Part shown: positions 45,142 through 53,873 of the stretch, piece by piece | Numbering within the stretch: position 1 is the first letter of the stretch | Layout of the letters: every line of letters starts with the position of its first letter | Assembly: GCA_012744445.1 (NCBI GenBank) | Contig: JAAYBZ010000006.1 | Coordinates: 1 to 54,443, forward strand | From: Myxococcales bacterium | Lineage (GTDB): Bacteria > Myxococcota_A > Polyangia > Polyangiales > Houyiibacteriaceae | Length of the DNA stretch: 54,443 nt | Reading direction: 5' to 3' | Made by a program: the position numbers and the translations under genes | The notes under the pieces: model-generated | The model's database searches: none | The model's input: the letters and a program-made list of their open reading frames with translations, nothing else | Told to the model about the DNA's origin: nothing

Positions 45142-45686
45142 ACCAATCCTTCGAGTTTGGGGAGCGCGCGATCGCGCTTGGGCGTGACGGTCTCGAGGTG
45201 GGCGGCGATGAGCGCCTCGGAGTCGAGGGCCGCGATCTCGCGGAGCGAGTCGCGGAGGGCGTCACGGGAGATGGGGGGGGCGATCGTGCGGACGGGCTTC
45301 CGCGTGCGCACGCGGAGGCGGTAGTGCGTGCCCGGCTGGCCGTCGTCGTAGGGCGCGTAGAACGTGGGGGCTGCGTAGATCACGGCGGCGTCGCGGAGCC
45401 GGTCGACGCGCTCGGCCAGCGAAGCGCACACGGCGTGGAGCTCGTCGGCCCGGAGCAGGCCCTTCCGCTCCCCCACGGGGTGGCCGCCGAAGAGGTCTGC
45501 GGGCTCGCCTTCGGCGCGGACGTAGAGCGTGACGTCCGAGGATACGGAGGCACTCCGCGTCGCCGCCGGGACGACGGGTGCGCCCGTGCGCTTCTCCATC
45601 GCGCCCACGAGGAACATGCCCGCGGCCGCGAGGAGCCCGAGGAAGAGGGCGATGCCGAAGATGGTGACGAGGGCGATCGAGTACAT
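45138..45686 (-). CDS. Hypothetical protein with N-terminal membrane anchor
   Basis: Hydrophobic first ~28 aa. Stop overlaps the M16 start. Confidence 0.65.
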   Translation of the reverse strand: MYSIALVTIFGIALFLGLLAAAGMFLVGAMEKRTGAPVVPAATRSASVSSDVTLYVRAEGEPADLFGGHPVGERKGLLRADELHAVCASLAERVDRLRDAAVIYAAPTFYAPYDDGQPGTHYRLRVRTRKPVRTIAPPISRDALRDSLREIAALDSEALIAAHLETVTPKRDRALPKLEGLV

Positions 45687-45709
45687 GTGGGCGATGGATC
45701 GTACGCGGC

Positions 45710-46603
45710 TCAGAGCGAGTCGTCGGCCTCGGCCAACGCCTCGTCGTCGTCCGCCTTCTTCGCGAGCGCCGCGAGCTCTTCCAGATCACGCGCGTCGAGC
45801 TCGAGCCGCACCACGACGGAGGCGCCATCTTGACCGAGCATGAGCTTCTGCGCGAGCCGGAGGATCGGCGGCGGCGTGAAGAGCAGGAGGGGCTGCACCT
45901 GCGCGAGCAAGCTCGAGAGCTGGTCGAGGCTATCTCTGGCCGCCTTGGCCTCGGCGTGGTCGAGGCGGACGTCGATGTCGATCGTCGAGCCGACGCGGAC
46001 GCGAACCCGCACGTGCTCCACGCCCGCGGCCACGCCCTGCGCGGGCCCAGGGAGCTGCGCGCGGAGGTTGGGGCCCACGGCGATCCGCGCCGACAACGCG
46101 GCGTCGAACCGCTCCTCGTGCGCGGTGCCCACGCTCTCCAGCTCGCCGCCTCGGCGGATCACGAGCGTGTGATCGCCCCGGCGGGTCACGTCTGCTGCAC
46201 CGAGCGACTCGGGCGAGAAGCCCGCGTAATCGCCGCGGAGGAGGAGGAAGCCCCGCGGCGCGGCGTCGGGGCTCACCAAGGCGTCGGCGGTGATCATGAA
46301 GAGGGCCTTCGAGGCGCGTCCGACCGCCTCCGCGAAACCGGCATCGTTCGGGCCGGCGTTGCGCGAGAGCTCCGCGAGCAGCTCCTCGACGAATCGGCCC
46401 ACGATCGGGCTCCGTCGAAGTCCCTCGAGATCCACGAAGAGGTAGTCGAGCTCCGGCGAGACGTAGGCCTCGAGGGGCAGCTCTCGATCGGCTTCGACCT
46501 CGCCGCCCTCGGAGCTCGACGCGGCGAGCGCTTCGGGATCGGACGAGGATCCGCCGCAGGCGTGGAGGAGCAGCGCGAGGACGAGGAGGGGCGAAAATCG
46601 CAT
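45710..46603 (-). CDS. Hypothetical lipoprotein
   Basis: MRFSPLLVLALLLHAC lipobox. TAGGCT hexamer 6 nt upstream of the ATG. Confidence 0.75.
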   Translation of the reverse strand: MRFSPLLVLALLLHACGGSSSDPEALAASSSEGGEVEADRELPLEAYVSPELDYLFVDLEGLRRSPIVGRFVEELLAELSRNAGPNDAGFAEAVGRASKALFMITADALVSPDAAPRGFLLLRGDYAGFSPESLGAADVTRRGDHTLVIRRGGELESVGTAHEERFDAALSARIAVGPNLRAQLPGPAQGVAAGVEHVRVRVRVGSTIDIDVRLDHAEAKAARDSLDQLSSLLAQVQPLLLFTPPPILRLAQKLMLGQDGASVVVRLELDARDLEELAALAKKADDDEALAEADDSL

Positions 46604-46684
46604 CGCACGAGCCTACCCGGTTTCGAGGGGGGACGCATTCGGGCCCTGGTCAGTGGGCGAGGCCCCTGCTACTTCGGAGTCGCC

Positions 46685-47650
46685 GTGAAGACTGCGCTCA
46701 CCGGGATCAAGCCGACGAACATCCCCCACCTCGGAAACTACCTCGGGGCCATCCGCCCCGCGCTCGCCCTCTCCGAGTCCTACCGGACGGCGTATTTCAT
46801 CGCCGATTACCACGCGCTCACCACCGTCCGCTCGCCGACGGATCTGCGGCGCTTCGTCTACGACGTCGCGGCGACCTGGCTCGCTTGCGGGCTCGACCCC
46901 GACAAGACGCTCTTCTACCGACAGAGCGACGTCGTCGAGGTCTTCGAGCTCACGTGGATCCTCTCGTGCCTCCTCGCGACGGGGCAGCTCGAGCGAGGGC
47001 ACGCCTACAAGGACGCGCTCGCCAAGGGCGAATCGCCCAACGCCGGCATCTTCAACTACCCCGTCCTCATGGCGGCCGACATCCTACTCTACGACACCGA
47101 CCTCGTCCCGGTCGGCCGCGATCAGAAGCAGCACCTCGAGCTCTGCCGCGACGTCGCGCTCCGCTTCAACCACCTCTACGGCGAGACGCTCGTCGTCCCC
47201 GACGCGCTCATCGGCGACGCGCCCCTCGTGCCCGGCACCGACGGCACCAAGATGAGCAAGTCGAAGGGCAACTCGATCCCCCTCTTCGAGTCGTCCAAGA
47301 CGCTCAAGAAGGCCGTGATGAGCATCGCCACCACCTCGGAGCCGCTCGAGGCGCCCAAGGATCCCGAGGGCTCCACCGTCGTCGCGCTCTACCGGCAGGT
47401 GGCGGGCGACGAGGCCGCGCAGGTGCTCGAGGCGAAGCTCCGCGCGGGAGGTTACGGCTGGGGCCACGCCAAGCAGGACCTCCTCGAGGCCCTCGAGGCC
47501 GAGCTCGGCCCCAAGCGCGAGCGTTTCCACGCGCTCCGAAAGGACGAGGCGCTCCTCGATCGTCTCCTCGCGCAAGGCGCCGAGAAGGCGCGGGAGAAGG
47601 CGCGCGCCACGATGGATCGCGTGCGCCGCGCCATCGGGATCCGCGGCTGA
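46685..47650 (+). CDS. trpS: Tryptophan--tRNA ligase
   Basis: LTGIKPT-HLGNYLGAI, FIADYHALT, YPVLMAADIL, VPVGRDQKQH and KMSKS motifs. GTG start after GGAG. Confidence 0.97.
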   Translation: MKTALTGIKPTNIPHLGNYLGAIRPALALSESYRTAYFIADYHALTTVRSPTDLRRFVYDVAATWLACGLDPDKTLFYRQSDVVEVFELTWILSCLLATGQLERGHAYKDALAKGESPNAGIFNYPVLMAADILLYDTDLVPVGRDQKQHLELCRDVALRFNHLYGETLVVPDALIGDAPLVPGTDGTKMSKSKGNSIPLFESSKTLKKAVMSIATTSEPLEAPKDPEGSTVVALYRQVAGDEAAQVLEAKLRAGGYGWGHAKQDLLEALEAELGPKRERFHALRKDEALLDRLLAQGAEKAREKARATMDRVRRAIGIRG

Positions 47651-47651
47651 A

Positions 47652-48134
47652 TCAGAGCCCGGCGTCGCGCGTGGAGAGCGCGACCTCGCCGGGCTCTTCG
47701 TTCGGCTCGAACGAGGGCGGGGCCTCGAGCAGGCGCGCGTCGCCGGAGACGACCTCCTCGCTCACGAGCACGTAGTTGCCCTTCCGCTTCTCGTAGCGCT
47801 GGAGGACGACCGTGTCGGCGATGACCATCGCGCGCTGGTCGTACCAACGGTAGTGCACGGTCGCGGCGGCCGTCTCGAATTCCTTGCCCGCGGTCTGCAC
47901 CTGCAGGATGTCGAGGTCGGCGATCTGGATGTCGCGCCCCCACGCGTGATGCATGGCGCGGAAGTCGCCGCGGTAGGGGTAGTCGACCATGAGGACCGCG
48001 AGGTCGAGGCGGTTCCACCGGCAGGCGTCGTTGTACCCGATGACCGCGTCCTTGAGCTTCTCGGTGGGGCTCAGGTTCTGGAAGATGCAGGCCTGCGCGA
48101 GGAGGCAGGCGAGGGCGAGGGCGACCCGTGACAT
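47652..48134 (-). CDS. Hypothetical lipoprotein
   Basis: LACLLAQAC lipobox. YNDACRW...IAD...V-YRWY alpha+beta domain. Confidence 0.75.
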   Translation of the reverse strand: MSRVALALACLLAQACIFQNLSPTEKLKDAVIGYNDACRWNRLDLAVLMVDYPYRGDFRAMHHAWGRDIQIADLDILQVQTAGKEFETAAATVHYRWYDQRAMVIADTVVLQRYEKRKGNYVLVSEEVVSGDARLLEAPPSFEPNEEPGEVALSTRDAGL

Positions 48135-48288
48135 GCCCGGAGGCTAGGGCGAAGCCTCGGACGACCGCAAAAAAGGGGCACGGAACACGGCACGATCGGC
48201 CCCCGGGCAGGGGATTTTTCGGCGCTCTGGGTGTGGAAGAGTGCGAGAACTGGGGGCGTGCGACGAAGCACGCCGAAAGGGGGAACGC

Positions 48289-48705
48289 ATGAAGCTCGTC
48301 ACGCTACTCGGAGTCATCCTGGCCTTCGTGCTCGGCACGGTCGGCTGCAACCGCTCGCACAGGACGCACGCGAGAGACGATTCGACCGGCGGTGAACGCG
48401 CCCGTTCGCACGAGATGCGCGACCAGGCCGAGCGCGAGCACGACGCCGGGCGCAAGGGCAAGGTCGAGACCTGGGAGTACGAGGAGGAGTCGATCGAGCT
48501 CCGCGACGACGCCAAGCAGAAGGCCCACGAGGCGGGGGACTGGTCGGAAGAGAAGGCCGACGAGGCGGGTGATTACGCCGAGGACAAGGCCGAGGACGTG
48601 AAGGACTTCAGCAAGGAGAAGACCGACCAGGCCGAGGACCGCTTCGACGACTCGCGCGACGCCCTCGACAACGAGAGCGAGCGCGAATACGACGTCATCG
48701 AGTGA
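48289..48705 (+). CDS. Hydrophilic lipoprotein with LEA-like 11-mer repeats
   Basis: MKLVTLLGVILAFVLGTVGC lipobox. Repeats DDAKQKAHEAG/DWSEEKADEAG/DYAEDKAEDVK/DFSKEKTDQAE. Confidence 0.8.
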   Translation: MKLVTLLGVILAFVLGTVGCNRSHRTHARDDSTGGERARSHEMRDQAEREHDAGRKGKVETWEYEEESIELRDDAKQKAHEAGDWSEEKADEAGDYAEDKAEDVKDFSKEKTDQAEDRFDDSRDALDNESEREYDVIE

Positions 48706-48724
48706 TGTGCAGGCCCCCGAGGGC

Positions 48725-48770
48725 CGCCGCACGCGCTCGATTTTCGGAGGCCCGCGGAGCGCGTGCGGCG
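48725..48770. repeat. Perfect 14-bp inverted repeat
   Basis: CGCCGCACGCGCTC (48725-48738) and GAGCGCGTGCGGCG (48757-48770), with an 18-nt spacer. Confidence 0.8.
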
Positions 48771-48813
48771 CTTCGCGGGGGACAAGGGCGCCGTTCGATG
48801 ACAAAAATGGCGC

Positions 48814-51336
48814 GTGCCTGACGCTCCGCTCCTTCTCCGACACCTCCCCGCCCGGTCCGAGGTGAACGAGACCACCTTGCTCGATGGATTCCTCGAATAT
48901 CTCTTGGAGTCCGGCATCGAGCCCTATCCGGCGCAGGAGGAGGCCTTCCTCGAGCTCTTCGCGGGCAAGCACGTGATCCTCACGACGCCCACGGGCTCCG
49001 GGAAGAGCCTCGTGGCGCAGGCGCTCGAGTTCAAGGCGCTCGCCGAAGGCAAGCGCTGCTACTACACGGCGCCCATCAAGGCGCTCGTCAGCGAGAAGTT
49101 CTTCGAGCTCTGCCGCGTGCTCGGTCCGGAGAACGTCGGCATGGTCACGGGCGACGCGAGCGTCCACAAGAACGCGCCGATCATCTGCTGCACCGCCGAG
49201 ATCCTCGCGAACCTCGCGCTCCGCGAGGGGGAGCGCGCCCCGGTCGACTACGTGGTGATGGACGAGTTCCACTACTACGGCGACCGCGAGCGCGGCGTCT
49301 CTTGGCAGATCCCGCTCCTCGAGCTGCCGCGCGCGCGCTTCCTCCTGATGAGCGCCACGCTCGGCGACGTCGAGCCCATCGTGACCGCCCTCGAGGAGCG
49401 CACGGGCGTGGAGGTCGCCGTCGTCTCGAGCGCGACGCGCCCCGTCCCCCTCGAGTTCAGCTATCGCGAGACGCCCATCCACGAGACGATCCGCGAGCTC
49501 CTCGAGCACGACCGCGCGCCGATCTACATCGTCCACTTCACGCAGCGTCAGGCGGCCGAGCGCGCGCAGGACCTCATGAGCACCGACGTGCTCCGCCGCG
49601 AGCAGAAGGAGGCCGTGAAGGCGGCCATCGGCCACTTCCGCTTCGACACCCCCTTCGGCAAGGAGCTCAAGCGCTGGCTCCTCCACGGCATCGGCGTCCA
49701 CCACGCGGGGCTCCTGCCCAAGTACCGCCTCCTCGTGGAGCGGCTCGCGCAGGGCGGCCACCTCAAGCTCATCTGCGGCACCGACACCCTCGGCGTGGGC
49801 GTGAACGTGCCCATCCGCACCGTGCTCTTCACGCAGCTCTGCAAATTCGACGGCGAGAAGACGCGCATCATCTCCGTCCGCGACTTCCACCAGATCGCGG
49901 GCCGCGCCGGCCGGAAGGGCTTCGACGATCGCGGCTGGGTCGTCTGCCAGGCGCCCGAGCACGTCGTCGAGAACCGCGAGATGCAGATGAAGGCGGGGAA
50001 CGACCCGAAGAAGCTCCGCAAGCTCAAGTTCAAGAAGCCCCCGGAGCACGGCTTCGTCCCCTGGGACGAGGGCACCTTCCAGAAGCTCATCGCCTCGCCG
50101 CCCGAGAAGCTCGTCTCGCGCTTCGACGTGAGCCACGGGCTCGTCCTCAACGTGCTCGCTCGCGGCGACGACGGCTGCCGCGACCTCCGGCGGCTCATCG
50201 AGCGCTCGCACGGCTCGCGCGTGGTGAAGCGCAGGCAGGGGCGCAAGGCCATCGCCATCCTCCGCTCCCTCTTCAAGGCGGGCGTCCTCGAGAAGGACGG
50301 CAAGGGCATCTTCGTCAACGAAGACCTCCAGAGCGATTTCTCGCTCAACCAGGCCGCGAGCCTCTTCGCCTTCGAGGCGATCGAGACCTTCGATCCCGAG
50401 CACCCCGACTACGCCTTCGACGTCCTCACGCTCATCGAGGCCACGCTCGAAGACCCCACGGCCGTCCTGCGCAAGCAGACCGATTGGGCCAAGTCGCGGG
50501 CGCTCGCGCGGATGAAGGCCGAGGGCATGGAGTACGAGGAGCGCATGGCCGAGCTCGAGAAGGTCGATCGGCCCAAGCCCCTCGAAGCCGAGCTCTATGG
50601 GCTCTACGAGGGCTTCCGCGCGCGGCACCCCTGGGCGAGCGAGCACGGGATCTCCCCCAAATCCCTCGCGCGGCACATGCTCGAGGAGAACGAGGACTTC
50701 AACGGCTACGTGAAGCTTCTCGGCATCCAGCGCGGCGAGGGGCTCCTCCTCCGCTACCTCACCGACGCCTACAAGGCGCTCGTGCAGAACGTCCCCGAGG
50801 ATCGCAAGACCGACGCGCTCTACGAGATCACCGATCAGCTCGGCGCCATCGTCCGGCAGGTCGACTCGAGCCTCCTCGACGAGTGGGAGCGCCTGCGCCG
50901 CTCCGAAGGCGACGACGCCGCGATCGAGCTCGTCGAGGAAGAGGAGCCGCGCGAGCGCCTCGTCACCGACGACGAGAAGTCCTTCGCGATCCTCTGCCGC
51001 AACCAGAGCTTCCGCTTCGTGCGGGCCCTCGCGCGCCGCGACTTCGAGTATGCCGCGTCGCTCCTCGAGCGCGACGACGAGCACGACGCCGCCTCCCTCG
51101 AAGAGGCGCTCTCGCCGTACTTCGAGGAGTTCGGCGAGATCCGCACCGACGCCGAGGCGAGGAGCGCCAAGAACGCACCCATCGAGAAGCGCAGCGCCAC
51201 CTGGCGCCTCCGGCAGATCCTCCTCGACCCCGACGACGTGCGCGCCTGGTCGCTCGAGTGGGTCGTGGAGCTCGACGCGAGCGACGACGAGGGGCGGCCC
51301 GTGATGTTCCTCGAACGGATCGTCGGCGAGGACTGA
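48814..51336 (+). CDS. Ski2-like DEAD/DEAH-box helicase with DUF3516 C-terminus
   Basis: YPAQEEA, TPTGSGKS, APIKAL, DEFH, MSAT, GIGVHHAG and QIAGRAGRKG motifs. C-terminal RGEGLLLRYL-DAYKAL and VDSSLLDEWE. Confidence 0.92.
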   Translation: MPDAPLLLRHLPARSEVNETTLLDGFLEYLLESGIEPYPAQEEAFLELFAGKHVILTTPTGSGKSLVAQALEFKALAEGKRCYYTAPIKALVSEKFFELCRVLGPENVGMVTGDASVHKNAPIICCTAEILANLALREGERAPVDYVVMDEFHYYGDRERGVSWQIPLLELPRARFLLMSATLGDVEPIVTALEERTGVEVAVVSSATRPVPLEFSYRETPIHETIRELLEHDRAPIYIVHFTQRQAAERAQDLMSTDVLRREQKEAVKAAIGHFRFDTPFGKELKRWLLHGIGVHHAGLLPKYRLLVERLAQGGHLKLICGTDTLGVGVNVPIRTVLFTQLCKFDGEKTRIISVRDFHQIAGRAGRKGFDDRGWVVCQAPEHVVENREMQMKAGNDPKKLRKLKFKKPPEHGFVPWDEGTFQKLIASPPEKLVSRFDVSHGLVLNVLARGDDGCRDLRRLIERSHGSRVVKRRQGRKAIAILRSLFKAGVLEKDGKGIFVNEDLQSDFSLNQAASLFAFEAIETFDPEHPDYAFDVLTLIEATLEDPTAVLRKQTDWAKSRALARMKAEGMEYEERMAELEKVDRPKPLEAELYGLYEGFRARHPWASEHGISPKSLARHMLEENEDFNGYVKLLGIQRGEGLLLRYLTDAYKALVQNVPEDRKTDALYEITDQLGAIVRQVDSSLLDEWERLRRSEGDDAAIELVEEEEPRERLVTDDEKSFAILCRNQSFRFVRALARRDFEYAASLLERDDEHDAASLEEALSPYFEEFGEIRTDAEARSAKNAPIEKRSATWRLRQILLDPDDVRAWSLEWVVELDASDDEGRPVMFLERIVGED

Positions 51337-51339
51337 GCC

Positions 51340-52176
51340 TCAGTCGACGATCGAGGCGCAGACGTGGTCGGGCACGATGCCCGTCGACATGATGGCGCGC
51401 TGCGCGTCCTCGGGGCGCGTGTTGCCGGAGAGCACGAGCGCCGTGTCGAGGCCGAATTTGTTGGCGCCGAGGATGTCGGTCTCGAGGGTGTCGCCCACCA
51501 TGAGGATGTCGCCCTTGGTGACCTCGGGCTCGAGCGCCTGCACCTGCGCCCAGGCATACGAGAACATCGAGGTGTCGGGCTTGCCGAAGTAGATGAACTT
51601 GCGGCCGAGGAGGCGCTCCATCATCCCGCCGAGCGCGCCGATCGCCACGGCGATGCGGTGCCCGTCGACGGGGTAGGCGAGGTCGGCGTTGGCGACGATG
51701 ATCGGGATCGGGCCGCGGCGCGCGATGTTCACGGCCGAGTTGAGGTCGGAGGACCACTCGAAGCCTTCGTCGTCGAGCAGGACGATGGCAGAGACCTCCT
51801 CGTGCTCGCACTCGGCGACGGGCTTGGCGCGGAGGCCGGCGGCGCGGATGTAGTGCGCCGAGTCGTCCTTGCCGAGGTAGGCCACGGTGCCCGAGTTGAT
51901 CTTGCGGGTGAGGAAGCGCGTCGCGAGGAGGCCCGAGCTGATGATGTGATCGGGGTGGATCAGCGGCCCGTAGACGGGGTGCTCGAAGGCCTTGGCGAGC
52001 TTGTGCGGCGGGCGGGAGGAGTCGTTCGTGATGACGTAGAGGCGCTTCCCGCGATCGCGGAGGTCGGCGAGCGCCTCGGGGACGCCGTCGAGGAGGCCCT
52101 TCGAGTTCTTGAGCACGCCGTACGAATCGAAGAAGAGCACGCGATAACGATCGACGATTTCGGAGAAGCGTTGCAT
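51340..52176 (-). CDS. HAD-IIA family hydrolase
   Basis: FFDSYGVL (D-x-aromatic variant of motif I), ITNDSSR, ANAD, FGKP, MVGDTLETDILGA and LVLSG motifs. Confidence 0.92.
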   Translation of the reverse strand: MQRFSEIVDRYRVLFFDSYGVLKNSKGLLDGVPEALADLRDRGKRLYVITNDSSRPPHKLAKAFEHPVYGPLIHPDHIISSGLLATRFLTRKINSGTVAYLGKDDSAHYIRAAGLRAKPVAECEHEEVSAIVLLDDEGFEWSSDLNSAVNIARRGPIPIIVANADLAYPVDGHRIAVAIGALGGMMERLLGRKFIYFGKPDTSMFSYAWAQVQALEPEVTKGDILMVGDTLETDILGANKFGLDTALVLSGNTRPEDAQRAIMSTGIVPDHVCASIVD

Positions 52177-52199
52177 CGGGGGGCCGTGTCGTTTGAAGG

Positions 52200-53726
52200 T
52201 CAGCGGCGCATCGTGGGGCGTCGCCCGAGCGCGGCGCCGAGCGCGACGGCTTCGGCGAGCGTTTCTGGATCGCGCATCATCGCCGCGATGCCGCGGGAGG
52301 ACTGGGCGGGGCGGCGCGCCTTGGGCGCGGTCGCCGTGACCCGGTGATCGCCGCGGAGGGCACGCCGCGCGAGCTCGGCGAGCTGCGGCGAGAGGGCGGG
52401 CTTCTCCTGCGCGAGGAGCGCCGCGGCCGCGATGACGAGGAGTGGACGTTCGTGCGGCACCCGCTCCTCGAGGAGCGCCTTGGTGCTGCGGACGACCGCC
52501 GAGTGCTCGGCGTGGAGGTAGCCGAGGCCCGGGATGTCGAGGATGCGGAACCCCTCGAGCGTGGGGTGGTGGAACTCGATGATGCGCGACGCCATCGCGG
52601 CGACCGTCTTCTGTACGAACTCGACGGGGATCTTGGCCGCCGATCCGTCGATCGCGGGGAAGAGGTAGTGCGTCACGCCCTCGAAGAGGCGATCCCATCG
52701 GGCGCGCAGGCGCTTGGCCTCGGAGACGCGGCCGAGCGCCTCGAGGACCTCGAGCACGAAGGCGAAGCGGAGCGCGAGCGGCGGATGCGGCGAGATCCAC
52801 CGTTCGTGCGACTGCATGCGGTGCGCGGCGCGACGGACGCCGGGGTGCTCGGCGAGGGCGAAGAGCGCCTCCGCGTACGCCGGCCCGAAGAGGCTCGTGG
52901 CGTAGAGGTCGGCGAAGAGATCGGGGAGGTAGGGCCCGAAGGCGGCGCGCAGGTAGGCCGGCCGCACCTCGTGCGCCGTGGAAGGCAGCGCCAGGGCCTC
53001 GGGCAGCGAGAGGCCCGAGGCGAGCGTGCGCCCGAGGCCGGGGACGCCGAAGAAGATCGTCTCGCCGACCTCCCGCGCCACCATGGGCATCGCCCGCGGA
53101 TCGTTCCGGGCATCGGCGCTCACCGGGACGAGCGAGAAGGGGAGCTCTTCGTGGTGGAGGCTGCGGTCGACGCGGCCGGCGTGGCGCACCGCGAGGAAGG
53201 GGCGGGCGTCGTACGCGATGCCCTGGACGCGGCAGAACTCGACGAAAGGCGCCGCCGCGAGCTCGGCGACCCGCTCGCCCGCGCGGAGCTCCGGGGTCTC
53301 GTCGGCGCTGCGTTGGCGGAGGATCGTCTCGATGAAGCTCGCCGCACGCTCGAGCTTCTCGAGCGTGTACTCGGCGGCGGGATCCTCCCGCTCGGCCTCG
53401 ATGGAAGCGACGAGCGCCCGCGCCCGGGGGAGGATTCCGTCGATCGCCGCGGCGATCGAAGCGAGGCGGCGATCGCTCCGCGCGTGCTCCGCGAAGGTCT
53501 CGAGCGAGCGCACGAGCATGACGGCGCGCGTGCGGAGGCGCGTGTCGCGGGCCTCGCGTTCGCCGCTCGCCTCGAGGAGGCGCCTCCGGATCTCCTCGAG
53601 CACCTCTTGCGGATCACGCGCCGGCTCGGCCGACGCCTCCTTCTTCTTCTTGCTGAAGAAGGAGAAGATGGTGAGGACGAGCCAGACGATGATCCAGAGG
53701 TTGTCGAAGAGATCGCTGGAATCCAC
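52200..53726 (-). CDS. Membrane-anchored zincin-like pseudo-peptidase with YqfB-like termini
   Basis: N-terminal TM + KKKK. AREVGE where A-H-E-x-x-H is expected, followed by DLFAD...GPAY and HPP...R. C-terminal LAEAVALGAALGRRP. GTG start abuts the upstream stop. Confidence 0.65.
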   Translation of the reverse strand: MDSSDLFDNLWIIVWLVLTIFSFFSKKKKEASAEPARDPQEVLEEIRRRLLEASGEREARDTRLRTRAVMLVRSLETFAEHARSDRRLASIAAAIDGILPRARALVASIEAEREDPAAEYTLEKLERAASFIETILRQRSADETPELRAGERVAELAAAPFVEFCRVQGIAYDARPFLAVRHAGRVDRSLHHEELPFSLVPVSADARNDPRAMPMVAREVGETIFFGVPGLGRTLASGLSLPEALALPSTAHEVRPAYLRAAFGPYLPDLFADLYATSLFGPAYAEALFALAEHPGVRRAAHRMQSHERWISPHPPLALRFAFVLEVLEALGRVSEAKRLRARWDRLFEGVTHYLFPAIDGSAAKIPVEFVQKTVAAMASRIIEFHHPTLEGFRILDIPGLGYLHAEHSAVVRSTKALLEERVPHERPLLVIAAAALLAQEKPALSPQLAELARRALRGDHRVTATAPKARRPAQSSRGIAAMMRDPETLAEAVALGAALGRRPTMRR

Positions 53727-53870
53727 TCACGGCCTCGGCTTCGTGATGGGGATCGGACGCGGGACGCGAGGACGCGCGAGCGGCCCCTCCTCACCGCGGC
53801 GCATGAGGATCTCGGCGATGACGAGGCGTTTGACGAAGTCCTTCCCGCGGACCGGTCCGATCTCGTTCAC
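53727..53870 (-). CDS. 47-aa microprotein (not in supplied ORF track)
   Basis: AAGGAG RBS inside the floA end, then GTG 3 nt after the floA stop. MNEIGPVRGKDFVKRLVIAEILMRRGEEGPLARPRVPRPIPITKPRP*. Its TGA directly abuts the next GTG. Confidence 0.75.
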   Translation of the reverse strand: MNEIGPVRGKDFVKRLVIAEILMRRGEEGPLARPRVPRPIPITKPRP

Positions 53871-53873
53871 CGC

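Noticed and set aside
48814-51336. Helicase as a defence-system component
   Set aside because: It matches the widespread stand-alone DUF3516 Ski2-like family, with no nuclease, methylase or ATPase partners nearby.
51340-52176. HAD motif I lacking the second Asp (DSY) as a sign of a pseudo-enzyme
   Set aside because: D-x-aromatic-GV is a known variant within HAD-IIA, and motifs II-IV are intact.
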